A stretch of 40,762 nucleotides of DNA, from positions 1 to 40,762 of the forward strand of contig CAZRTY010000003.1 of assembly GCA_964603055.1 (NCBI GenBank), in the 5' to 3' direction. The translations under genes were made by a program, and so were the position numbers. This document shows positions 9,635 to 17,568 of this stretch, one piece after another. This DNA comes from an uncultured Rhodothermales bacterium (GTDB lineage: Bacteria; Bacteroidota; Rhodothermia; Rhodothermales; CAZKDQ01). Position 1 is the first letter of the stretch; every line of letters begins with the position of its first letter. The notes under the pieces were generated by a model, which saw nothing but the letters and a program-made list of their open reading frames with translations, did not search any database and was not told the origin of the DNA.

Positions 9635-10648
9635 ATGCTTAACTATATCTGGGCCGGGCTTATCGTCTTCAGCCTCGTCTTTGCGATCACTAACGATGTG
9701 CTGGATATATCGTCTGATCGCTACCGAAACGGCGAGTCTTTGCCTGTAGGGCTCGATTTGCCGCAGGGTTATCAGCCGGACGAGCGCCGCGTCCGCGTCG
9801 ACATCCTGATTGACGGAGATCTTTTTGGCGACTTCTACGACACCGATGTAAGACCCGATAGTGCGTACCCGGGCTACCTCGTTCGTACCGCCGACGGCAC
9901 CGTTCTTCGCTTCGACGCTGCGGCTCAACTGCCCGAACCACTGGCCACGATTCACGGTTTTTCCTCCTCCCGAGACGATGAATTGCAGGGAGAACTCGTC
10001 AGTCAGCAAGTATCTGCAGACTCGACGTTCATCGCGGGGCAGGTGGAATTCAGCCCCGTTCGCTTCGTTAAGGTGAACGCTATTACCGCCGCGGCTTTCG
10101 CCTTTGCCGAGAGCGCTGCCCAGCTCGCGCTCGGGCTTATCGGTGTGCTTGCCCTTTTTCTGGGGCTCCTAAAGATCGCCGAAGCGTCGGGCATCGTGGC
10201 TGCACTCGTCCGCTTTACCCAGCCGGTCTTCCGGCCTCTATTCCCTGAGATCCCGAAGGGCCATCCCGCCATGGGGATGATTGTCTTGAATCTGACGGCC
10301 AACATTCTCGGGCTCGGTAACGCGGCCACACCACTGGGCATCCGTGCGATGGAGGAGCTCCAAAAGCTGAACCCCACCAAAGAGACGGCCACAAACTCAA
10401 TGGTAATGCTGCTTGCTCTGAACACGGCCAGCGTTCAGATCGTGCCGCCTACACTACTCGTCGCGGTGATGGGCCTTCAAGTCAACGAACTGATCCTTCC
10501 CATCATCATCGTCACGGCTTTGTCGACGACAGTCGCCGTATTAGCCGCGCTCGGATTGCAGCGCCTGCGGGTTTATCGCCGCACCGACCCGGCCATCCAC
10601 GGCGCCGACGCCGAACGCAACCTGCCCGCCCACGACGATAACGCCTGA
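9635..10648 (+). CDS. Nucleoside-recognition (Gate) domain membrane protein, SpmA-like, with a large extra loop
   Basis: 337 aa. SpmA-type N-terminus MLNYIWAGLIVFSLVFAI. Core LALGLIGVLALFLGLLKIAEASG ... LFPEIPKGHPAMGMIVLNLTANILGLGNAATPLGIRAMEELQKLN. Confidence 0.7.
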   Translation: MLNYIWAGLIVFSLVFAITNDVLDISSDRYRNGESLPVGLDLPQGYQPDERRVRVDILIDGDLFGDFYDTDVRPDSAYPGYLVRTADGTVLRFDAAAQLPEPLATIHGFSSSRDDELQGELVSQQVSADSTFIAGQVEFSPVRFVKVNAITAAAFAFAESAAQLALGLIGVLALFLGLLKIAEASGIVAALVRFTQPVFRPLFPEIPKGHPAMGMIVLNLTANILGLGNAATPLGIRAMEELQKLNPTKETATNSMVMLLALNTASVQIVPPTLLVAVMGLQVNELILPIIIVTALSTTVAVLAALGLQRLRVYRRTDPAIHGADAERNLPAHDDNA

Positions 10649-10658
10649 TCTCACGACG

Positions 10659-11204
10659 ATGCTACGTACGATTATCGACATCTTTACCGTGTTCGTCCTT
10701 CCGGCAATGATCGTCGGATTCCCGCTCTATGGCCTATACAAAAAGGTACCGGTCTACGAGGAGTTCGTCGAAGGCGCTAAGGACGGCTTCCGCGTCGCTG
10801 TGATGATCATCCCGTACCTCGTCGCCATCCTGTTTGCGATCGGGATGTTTCGAGCCTCAGGTGCAATGGACTTCCTCGTCGAAGGATTGCGGCCCGTGCT
10901 GGGCTTCTTCCGCATCCCTCCCGAAATCATACCGATGGCAATCGTGCGTCCGCTGACGGGCTCGGGATCGGCAGGAATCGTCGTCGACATGATCAGCGCC
11001 TACGGTGAGGATTCCGTCCTGGTGAAGATCGCCGCGACAATGTTCGGCTCCACGGAGACCACGTTCTACGTGCTCGCAGTCTACTTCGGCGCCGTCAATA
11101 TCAAGAAGACGCGGCACGCCGTGCCAGCGGGCTTGCTAGCCGACGTCGCGGCCATGCTCGTGGCCATCTATCTCATCCAGCTCATGTTTGGCTGGGTACT
11201 CTGA
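10659..11204 (+). CDS. SpmB-like nucleoside-recognition domain membrane protein
   Basis: 181 aa, 10 nt after the SpmA-like gene. Contains PYLVAILFAIGMFRASGAMD ... RPLTGSGSAGIV ... FGSTETTFYVLAVYFG. Confidence 0.75.
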   Translation: MLRTIIDIFTVFVLPAMIVGFPLYGLYKKVPVYEEFVEGAKDGFRVAVMIIPYLVAILFAIGMFRASGAMDFLVEGLRPVLGFFRIPPEIIPMAIVRPLTGSGSAGIVVDMISAYGEDSVLVKIAATMFGSTETTFYVLAVYFGAVNIKKTRHAVPAGLLADVAAMLVAIYLIQLMFGWVL

Positions 11205-11215
11205 CGCGCCCGACG

Positions 11216-11515
11216 TTAAAGCCGGATGACGCTGTTCACACCGAAGTACGGGTTCGGTGCGGTGCCGTCGGCTTCATCGTCGTTGATCCAGTTCTCGCCG
11301 TCGGCCAGGTAGCGAAACTCGTAGGTACGGTCCGTATCCAGCTTGATCGTAGTCGACCAGACTTTGCGCGACCGAACGTACTTCATGGGGCTGCCGTCTT
11401 CCTTCCAATCGTTGAAGTCGCCCACGACGGCGGCACTCTCGCGAGCGGCGTCTCCCGGAAGTTCGAATTTGACTCGAGCGGACGTCCCTTTGGAGTTGAT
11501 TTTCTTCTCGATCAT
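11216..11515 (-). CDS. Stand-alone CBM48 / AMPK-beta glycogen-binding (isoamylase early-set) domain protein
   Basis: The tracked ORF runs to 11605, but the domain begins at the internal MIEKKINSKG (ATG 11515), giving 99 aa. VVGDFNDWKEDGSPMKY...WSTTIKLDTDRTYEFRYLADGENWINDDEAD is the CBM48 pattern. Confidence 0.7.
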   Translation of the reverse strand: MIEKKINSKGTSARVKFELPGDAARESAAVVGDFNDWKEDGSPMKYVRSRKVWSTTIKLDTDRTYEFRYLADGENWINDDEADGTAPNPYFGVNSVIRL

Positions 11516-11712
11516 TGTGAACGCGTGCTGGAAAATGAAATTGCGAGGCCGGAGAATCCGAGGCACAAATAATGCACAGCGGTCTGCCGGTGATTCTGTC
11601 GACAAGCTACTCTGCCGAGCTTCGGTTTAACAAGCCGCCGCATGAGACGAAAGCGTTTCCGCCTGCGTCCCGTTGCATTATTATTTCGTAAACCGACCCG
11701 CTGAGGTGATTT

Positions 11713-13008
11713 TCATCGAGCCGAGATGCCGGTCACGGTCAGCAATCGGTCAGTTCCAACGCTGATGTCGTCGTAGTAAATGAACGCCTGGTAGGTGTTC
11801 TGCGGACGCGGAGCCGACTCATTGAGCGCCCGATTAAGCCGCGCATCACGAGACCAGTATCGGTATTCATACGCGCCCTGCTTCACGAGCCCATTGCCTT
11901 CGTAGCGGCGCTGCTCCGCGTTCCAGGACAGCTTGAAGTTATCCGTAGGCGTCCATGCGTTGAACGCGCCGATTACGTAAACATCGCCCATATACGGCAC
12001 CTCATTTCCGGGCACCAGCGCGAACTGAACGTCGACGTATTCCGATTGCAGGGCCGGCACGGCTCGATCCCGGACGGCCGACTGCACCACGGGCTGGCCG
12101 TATTGCAGCGGCGCGAGGCCCGTCCCACCGAAGTGAGCATAATCCGGAGAGAGCGTTACCCGAAACGGCGACGCGCCATAATCGATGTCCTCGATCTGCT
12201 GGCCCACTTGCAATACACCTAAGTCGAGAAAATAATCGGCACCTTCGGCTCTGAACGCGGCATCTGGCGGAAGATAAAACCGGAGCATCGGCGCCTCGAT
12301 CAGCGACGGCCGGGTTGCGCAGCGGCCCTCGGAGAAACGACCGTTACGCACAAAGCACGTGGAAAAGTCGAGAGGGCTCGCCCCTTCGCCACGCTCCGGC
12401 CGGAAGAGCAACGTAGGCTGGACGCCGGAGAATCCAGAGCCCGCCATCAGCACGTTTTCAGCCGTCATTTCGGCTGCAACCGATTGCTCAGTGATGAAGA
12501 ACGGCAACTCAAATAGAACGTCGTCTTCCATCCCCTGCTCGGCCACGCGTAAAATGTAATTGCCACTGACTCGAAACGTGATCGACTCGTTAGGGAAGCG
12601 ATAGACGAAGTGCTGGTAGCGGACTTCGGTCGCTTCGGATGGCCGGTAGTCGAGAAGTTGGTCTCGGTGGAACGTGGACAGGTACTCGCCGGGCGAAAGA
12701 TCTCGGCGCCACTCGCGATCGGCGTGGTAGAAAAAGACGGACAGCGGGCGGCCCGCATCGGCAAGCAGATCGAATCGAAGCGTGAGCTGATCGCCAGAAC
12801 CAAGCGTCATAATCGGAAGCCGGCCCTCCCCCTCGCCCGGATACAACTGCGGCGTCGCAATCTGGGGCGACAGTTCAGCCAACTGCGGCACACCGATGAC
12901 CGACACCTCGTCCAGACGATCCGGAGGACGCACCCGTTCGTCTCGATCCTCAGTCGACGCACATGCGCTTGCAAGCACGAGTATGACGATCAAGAGCAAG
13001 CGATGCAT
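11713..13008 (-). CDS. DUF5103-type lipoprotein (T9SS plug-protein-like) with a C-terminal CBM48-like domain
   Basis: 431 aa. Lipoprotein signal MHRLLLIVILVLASAC. LPIMTLGSGDQLTLRFDLL...SVFFYHADREWRRDLSPGEYL...FRVSGNYILRV resembles the DUF5103 first domain. The C-terminus reads YVIGAFNAWTP...GAYEYRYW. Confidence 0.6.
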   Translation of the reverse strand: MHRLLLIVILVLASACASTEDRDERVRPPDRLDEVSVIGVPQLAELSPQIATPQLYPGEGEGRLPIMTLGSGDQLTLRFDLLADAGRPLSVFFYHADREWRRDLSPGEYLSTFHRDQLLDYRPSEATEVRYQHFVYRFPNESITFRVSGNYILRVAEQGMEDDVLFELPFFITEQSVAAEMTAENVLMAGSGFSGVQPTLLFRPERGEGASPLDFSTCFVRNGRFSEGRCATRPSLIEAPMLRFYLPPDAAFRAEGADYFLDLGVLQVGQQIEDIDYGASPFRVTLSPDYAHFGGTGLAPLQYGQPVVQSAVRDRAVPALQSEYVDVQFALVPGNEVPYMGDVYVIGAFNAWTPTDNFKLSWNAEQRRYEGNGLVKQGAYEYRYWSRDARLNRALNESAPRPQNTYQAFIYYDDISVGTDRLLTVTGISAR

Positions 13009-13070
13009 ACCGGGGCGATGAATAGGTGTTGAGGAAGGAGACGACCTTGGTCTTTCAAACGTCGTTCAAA

Positions 13071-15260
13071 TCAATCCGGCGCGGCATCCTCAGGTTTCCG
13101 GTTCGCTGCCCGCCACGTCAGCATGTCTGCAACATACTCGTTGTAGCGGAGCGCATCGATGGCACCGCGTCGTTTCTCCAGTTCGATCAGTGCGTGCACC
13201 ACGGCGCGGGCCCGCTCGAGATCTTCTGTCCGGCGCGCGATGGAAAGCTCGACCTGCAACGCATAACGCTGGAGAAGCGGCTCGGTGAATTCGCTTCGAG
13301 CCGGTAACCAGGCATCCGCCTTCATGAAATTGCCGCGGCTCAATGCGGCGTTCGACATGGTGAGCGAGTCTGCAAAATTTGTCGCGCGCATCGAAGAAGC
13401 ACCGTGCCGATCGTAGGCGACCTCGACAAACCCCGAGAGGTCGGATGATCTCCGGCGTAGCAGGATGGACGTCCGCAAACCATCCACATAGGAAGGCATC
13501 TGCCCATACACGGCGCCATATCTGGCGCGAGCTTCCTCGGTGCCGCCGGACAGTCCGTACACATCCGCCTTCAGCATCTCGAACGACGCGCCCGCATCCA
13601 GCGAGTCAATCCCATCAACAAGTCGACGAGCCTCCTCGGCGCGTCCTTCCGCCAACAGCAATTGAAGCGCGAGCCGAAGTGAGGGCAGGTAGTCGCCTCG
13701 CTCATCAAGCGATTCTCGGATATGATCCAGCGCGCGCTCCCAGTCATCCTGCTCAAGCGCTTCCCAGGCTTCGTAATACGAGCGGCGGTACGGCGCTACG
13801 TAGTGCGGACATCGCCGTTCGAACAACGATGGAGCTGAGAATCGTGTGAACGACGCCTGGCCGGCTGCCGCCGAGACAACCTGCCGCTGTTCAAGCCGGC
13901 CACGCCACTCCTCCACCAGTTCATCGAGCGATTTCCCATACGCCTTCGCGAAACGGCCGGAGCGATACACCTCTTTCAGCGGATCAGCACCGTACGCGTC
14001 GAGCAAATATCCCACAAAAGAACCAGACGACGAGTAGGCGACGGCGCCCCTGCCCGTCCAGAAGCCGAGTGGCGAGAGACGATCGGCAATGGCATCCAGG
14101 CGGTGCTGCGCATCGGGTCCACTTCGGGTGAGCGATGCCAGCACGAGGTCGTCATGAGACGGCCCACCTGACGGCGCTTCCAACGCGACAGCCAGCCCCT
14201 CGATCAAGGCAACCGCTGGCGAAGCGTTGATGATCGGTAGCCCGAACTCGCGCGATACTATGTGTACGAGCTCGTGCGTGATCGTCCGCGGAGAATCGCT
14301 GACCAACACATGCATTTGTGGCCGGCGCAGCCATACCGGCGTGACGCTGGTGAACCGACTGCCCGTTAAGCGGCCACGTACGAAGGGATTCGGATACAGA
14401 TAAACATGAATGCGCCGGTCAACCTCAATATCAAGTACGTCTTGTAAGTGGGCGTAGTGGTACTCGAGTTCATCGGTGACAAACTGTACTCGACGCTGCG
14501 AATGCTCATCCGACGTGTGGTGGATGACGAAGCCTGCAGTTACCGTGCGCTTGTCGAGCTGCTGTTCGAGATGCCCGTAGGTTGTGTTGATGCCAAGGGC
14601 GGCGGCATTCAAGTAGATGAGGCCCATCCCGAGCGCCGTACTCAGGATGGCTATCGAACGTTTGAACGACGGCCGCCGATCGGTAAGCGACGCGGCGGCA
14701 AGCAAACACAACACTGACCACCCGAGCGTCAACAACCGGAACCAGCCGTAGCTAGGCCGCCACCGGATGTCCTCCTCATAGATGGGCCCGAGGACACCGC
14801 CGAAAACATGGTTGTGGGTGAAGAATTGTGGATGCAGGCCGAGATCGTACATCACCCCACCGATCATGACCGCGAGTCCGGTCAGGATAAACACCGCGCG
14901 TTTACGACTGACCGATGACGCCGCGATTAAAGCCGCGAGCGATGCACCCAGGACGACCGACGGAACCGCGAAGACGAGGAAGTAGGCAAAACCTGTAGCG
15001 TAAGCACAATTAGGCGCCCAGACGAGCGACAGGCTGAGCATTGCGAGCGGCACAGCGAGAAGCACCACCTGCCTGCCGATCGCGAGGAACGGCGACGTGC
15101 CTCTTTGCAGCGGCTTCAGCTCGAGGAGGCCGGCGAGGAAGAATCCACTTGCCGCGATGACTGCGGCCGATTCCACGTGGAGGATTTGCAGCACGGGCCA
15201 TGGCCAGAGCCCGAGGCAGATGATGCCGTAAACAAGTGCGCCGCGCCAGAGATCGCGCAT
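13071..15260 (-). CDS. Polytopic membrane protein fused to an MA-clan (HExxH...E) metallopeptidase-like domain and TPR-like helical repeats
   Basis: 729 aa. Residues 1..~225 contain about 6-7 hydrophobic helices. HELVH is at nt 14262..14276, with EGLA 21 residues later (gluzincin / Peptidase_MA_2-like pattern). The C-terminal ~330 aa are helical-repeat rich (ALDHIRESLDERGDYLPSLRLALQLLLAEGRAEEARRL...). Confidence 0.6.
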   Translation of the reverse strand: MRDLWRGALVYGIICLGLWPWPVLQILHVESAAVIAASGFFLAGLLELKPLQRGTSPFLAIGRQVVLLAVPLAMLSLSLVWAPNCAYATGFAYFLVFAVPSVVLGASLAALIAASSVSRKRAVFILTGLAVMIGGVMYDLGLHPQFFTHNHVFGGVLGPIYEEDIRWRPSYGWFRLLTLGWSVLCLLAAASLTDRRPSFKRSIAILSTALGMGLIYLNAAALGINTTYGHLEQQLDKRTVTAGFVIHHTSDEHSQRRVQFVTDELEYHYAHLQDVLDIEVDRRIHVYLYPNPFVRGRLTGSRFTSVTPVWLRRPQMHVLVSDSPRTITHELVHIVSREFGLPIINASPAVALIEGLAVALEAPSGGPSHDDLVLASLTRSGPDAQHRLDAIADRLSPLGFWTGRGAVAYSSSGSFVGYLLDAYGADPLKEVYRSGRFAKAYGKSLDELVEEWRGRLEQRQVVSAAAGQASFTRFSAPSLFERRCPHYVAPYRRSYYEAWEALEQDDWERALDHIRESLDERGDYLPSLRLALQLLLAEGRAEEARRLVDGIDSLDAGASFEMLKADVYGLSGGTEEARARYGAVYGQMPSYVDGLRTSILLRRRSSDLSGFVEVAYDRHGASSMRATNFADSLTMSNAALSRGNFMKADAWLPARSEFTEPLLQRYALQVELSIARRTEDLERARAVVHALIELEKRRGAIDALRYNEYVADMLTWRAANRKPEDAAPD

Positions 15261-15329
15261 CGTTCATGCTGCGTGACAAGATGCGGGGGATGCGGTAGCG
15301 GCTGGAGCCCGGGTCCGAAGTGGCCTTCG

Positions 15330-16268
15330 CTATACGATCACCACCGTCAATCCAACCGACAGCACCTCTTTAAACTGGAGGGCGTCGCTCACTTCTCGGT
15401 CGTAGTACGTGATGAACTCAAAGTTGACGCCGAGCCAGCTGTTGACGCGCATCGAGACCAGGTTCTCCCACATCATATCCGGTAAGTCGGCCCGGTTGAA
15501 CGCGGCGAAGAGACCGAGCGTTGAACGATAGCGGACGTTCGTGGCGATCTCCAGGTTTACCTCCGTCCGCGACTCCATACCTACCTGATAACGCAGCGCC
15601 TGGTCGAAATCGAGTCCATAGAGCGAGCGCAGGTACTTGTTCGCGACGATGGTCTGCTTGCTACCGACACCGAGCCGGTATTTAAACCATTCGTCGGGAC
15701 CGCCTACGTATGACAGACCGATCGATTGTTGCAGCGTGGCCGGCGAGAAAAAGTCAGAGACTTTGACCGGGGCCTCACGCCCGTCGTTGAACGGGTTCCG
15801 CTCGTAGTTGAAACCCTGGGCGAACTGGGTACGGACGTCGAATGCCAGCGTCGGATTAAACGTATGGAAGAATCCGTTGCCTGTATAATTGATCGCCGTG
15901 TTCCAGTGGATCAGGTCCTCGACTTTGCGCAACGACGATCCGTTCTGGCGGACGATCCCGAATGCGAGGCGGGTCTCATGGTTGGTACGCCACGACGGCG
16001 TGCGCCGGACGAACTTACCCGACAAGTTCGCTGACGACGCGAGTGAATTCGTCCCGCCCTCGGCCCAGTTGCTGAAACCAGTCTGAGAGCCGCTGATGCG
16101 CGCGACGACGTCTGTCTGCCAGCGTCTTGGCGCTATTTCGACGGTGTCAGCCTTGGCTTCCCCTGTGGGTTCGTTGTCATTGACGGGCACTCCGGCCCAC
16201 ACCAAAGATTCCCCTCCGAGCGCGGCCAATACCAGCCACGCCGCCGTTAATAACCAGCGTTTCCTCAC
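15330..16268 (-). CDS. DUF3078-family outer-membrane beta-barrel protein
   Basis: 312 aa with a signal peptide. ISGSQTGFSNWAEGGTNSLASSANLSG and FDVRTQFAQGFNY are the DUF3078 hallmarks. Confidence 0.65.
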   Translation of the reverse strand: MRKRWLLTAAWLVLAALGGESLVWAGVPVNDNEPTGEAKADTVEIAPRRWQTDVVARISGSQTGFSNWAEGGTNSLASSANLSGKFVRRTPSWRTNHETRLAFGIVRQNGSSLRKVEDLIHWNTAINYTGNGFFHTFNPTLAFDVRTQFAQGFNYERNPFNDGREAPVKVSDFFSPATLQQSIGLSYVGGPDEWFKYRLGVGSKQTIVANKYLRSLYGLDFDQALRYQVGMESRTEVNLEIATNVRYRSTLGLFAAFNRADLPDMMWENLVSMRVNSWLGVNFEFITYYDREVSDALQFKEVLSVGLTVVIV

Positions 16269-16290
16269 CTTAACGTCGACCAGGTCGTGC

Positions 16291-16332
16291 GCACAATAAA
16301 CAAAAGGCTATGCCCACCGGGAGCATAGCCTT
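16291..16332 (-). terminator. Rho-independent terminator of the H1-like gene
   Basis: Perfect 10-bp stem aaggctatgc / gcatagcctt (16304..16313 and 16323..16332) with a 9-nt loop. The minus-strand transcript continues UUUUGUUUAUU. It lies 29 nt after the stop at 16361. Confidence 0.75.
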
Positions 16333-16360
16333 AAATGATCAACCGAGCAAAGCCGGACGA

Positions 16361-16537
16361 TCAACCTTCATTCTTTTTATCCTGAATCTCAACGCGAATG
16401 TCCTGCGCCATCTTTTTCAGGTCCTGCATTGCCTTACGTACTCGCGTACCTGCGGCTTTGTTACTCTTCTCGTAGAACTGGGTGAAATCACGTTCCTGTG
16501 CGTCAACGAATTCCTTCAGTTCGGAAAATCGGCTCAT
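16361..16537 (-). CDS. Histone H1/Hc1-like small basic DNA-binding protein
   Basis: Below the 60-aa cutoff of the track. My translation is MSRFSELKEFVDAQERDFTQFYEKSNKAAGTRVRKAMQDLKKMAQDIRVEIQDKKNEG (58 aa). The NKAAGTRVRK core is typical of the Bacteroidota H1-like family. A GGAGG lies 6 nt upstream of the ATG, and a strong terminator follows downstream. Confidence 0.8.
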   Translation of the reverse strand: MSRFSELKEFVDAQERDFTQFYEKSNKAAGTRVRKAMQDLKKMAQDIRVEIQDKKNEG

Positions 16538-16678
16538 GAGGTACCTCCTCGTGGTGTATAGTTAGAAAAAGCAATAGCCGCGTAGCGCGCTGAATTGGCG
16601 CTCCAACATAAAGCACGCCTTATGTGCTGTCAAGGACGGAAAGCGTCTGATCGCTCAATAATGGCGGTTATTGGCTCA

Positions 16679-17407
16679 TCACCTGACGTAGCTGCCGCGT
16701 AGCGCCGCCGTCGATGGGTACCGAACAGGGTTGGTGATGAGCACCGGAGATTCTGTTAAAACAACAGCTTCCATCACGTCGGGCTCGGTGAAAACATCGG
16801 CAGCTCGGACGTCCGCCATTGTCACATTCTCGATCGGGTCGGAGCCGCGCATGATGCCCGGCAGATTGTTTCGGCTGAAAAAGACGACCTCCGTGGCGCC
16901 TCCCAAGGCATCGATGAGGCAGGGAAGGAATTCGGATGGAGGAACGGCTCGCGTCGATCCATCGGGTCCGGCAGCCGTGGCGGACATGAGTGGCACAACG
17001 CCCGTGCGAAGAACATCCTTGAGCCAATCTGCTCGGCTGGATCGCAGCCTGCCTCCCTCCCACACCATAAAACCCCGATCTGAACCAGCAACGCCGACGG
17101 CGTGCACCATATTCTCGGTGAGCAGGCGGGTGAGGCGACGGTTAAAGTCGTGCAACGCCGTACCGACCATTGGCACGATCTCGGGCGGCGGCGCAACCGG
17201 AGCGCCGTCTTCCATATCGATGAAGATGCCTTTGCCCTCGAACCAGCGCTCGAGGAACGAACCCGGACCATGCACCACGATCGTTCGCCAGTCTCGCGGC
17301 CTCTTGGCGACGGCGTGAGCCATGGCGCGTAGGAATAACGTGTCGTTGAGGTGGTGACGGTCGAGATAGATGACGGACGTCCTGGCCGCCGAGTAATGTG
17401 AGGTCAT
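16679..17407 (-). CDS. Amino-acid-kinase (acetylglutamate kinase-like) fold protein with degenerate catalytic motifs
   Basis: 242 aa. It is colinear with ArgB-type kinases (TIVVHGPGSFLERWF..GI....DG; VHAVGVAGSDRGF; GVVPLMS; EVVFFSRNNLPGI). The N-terminal K-x-G-G reads IYLDRHH, and the NxxAD and GGM motifs are not recognisable. Confidence 0.55.
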   Translation of the reverse strand: MTSHYSAARTSVIYLDRHHLNDTLFLRAMAHAVAKRPRDWRTIVVHGPGSFLERWFEGKGIFIDMEDGAPVAPPPEIVPMVGTALHDFNRRLTRLLTENMVHAVGVAGSDRGFMVWEGGRLRSSRADWLKDVLRTGVVPLMSATAAGPDGSTRAVPPSEFLPCLIDALGGATEVVFFSRNNLPGIMRGSDPIENVTMADVRAADVFTEPDVMEAVVLTESPVLITNPVRYPSTAALRGSYVR

Positions 17408-17480
17408 GCAGGAAGAAACGTGTCGAGCCGAACGTCATTCAGTGAATACCGAGGGCGGCGTTGATCCCCCGCCGGACGAT

Positions 17481-17510
17481 AACGTTCTTAGCAGCAACGA
17501 TCTTAACAGC
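17481..17510. repeat. Imperfect 15-bp tandem direct repeat in the dnaE upstream region
   Basis: aacgttcttagcagc (17481..17495) followed directly by aacgatcttaacagc (17496..17510), 13/15 identical. It ends 58 nt upstream of the dnaE ATG. Confidence 0.4.
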
Positions 17511-17568
17511 GGCGTTTTCACCACCGCCCCGAGTGGTGCCGTTGGACCGATGACCCTTTCGATTGTTC

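Noticed and set aside
9509-10009. 166-aa minus-strand ORF across the csp/SpmA-like intergenic region
   Set aside because: It overlaps the SpmA-like CDS in antisense and has no family features. The plus-strand gene has clear conserved motifs.
16310-16561. 83-aa plus-strand ORF
   Set aside because: It is antisense to the 58-aa H1-like gene, which has an SD, a terminator and a recognisable conserved core.
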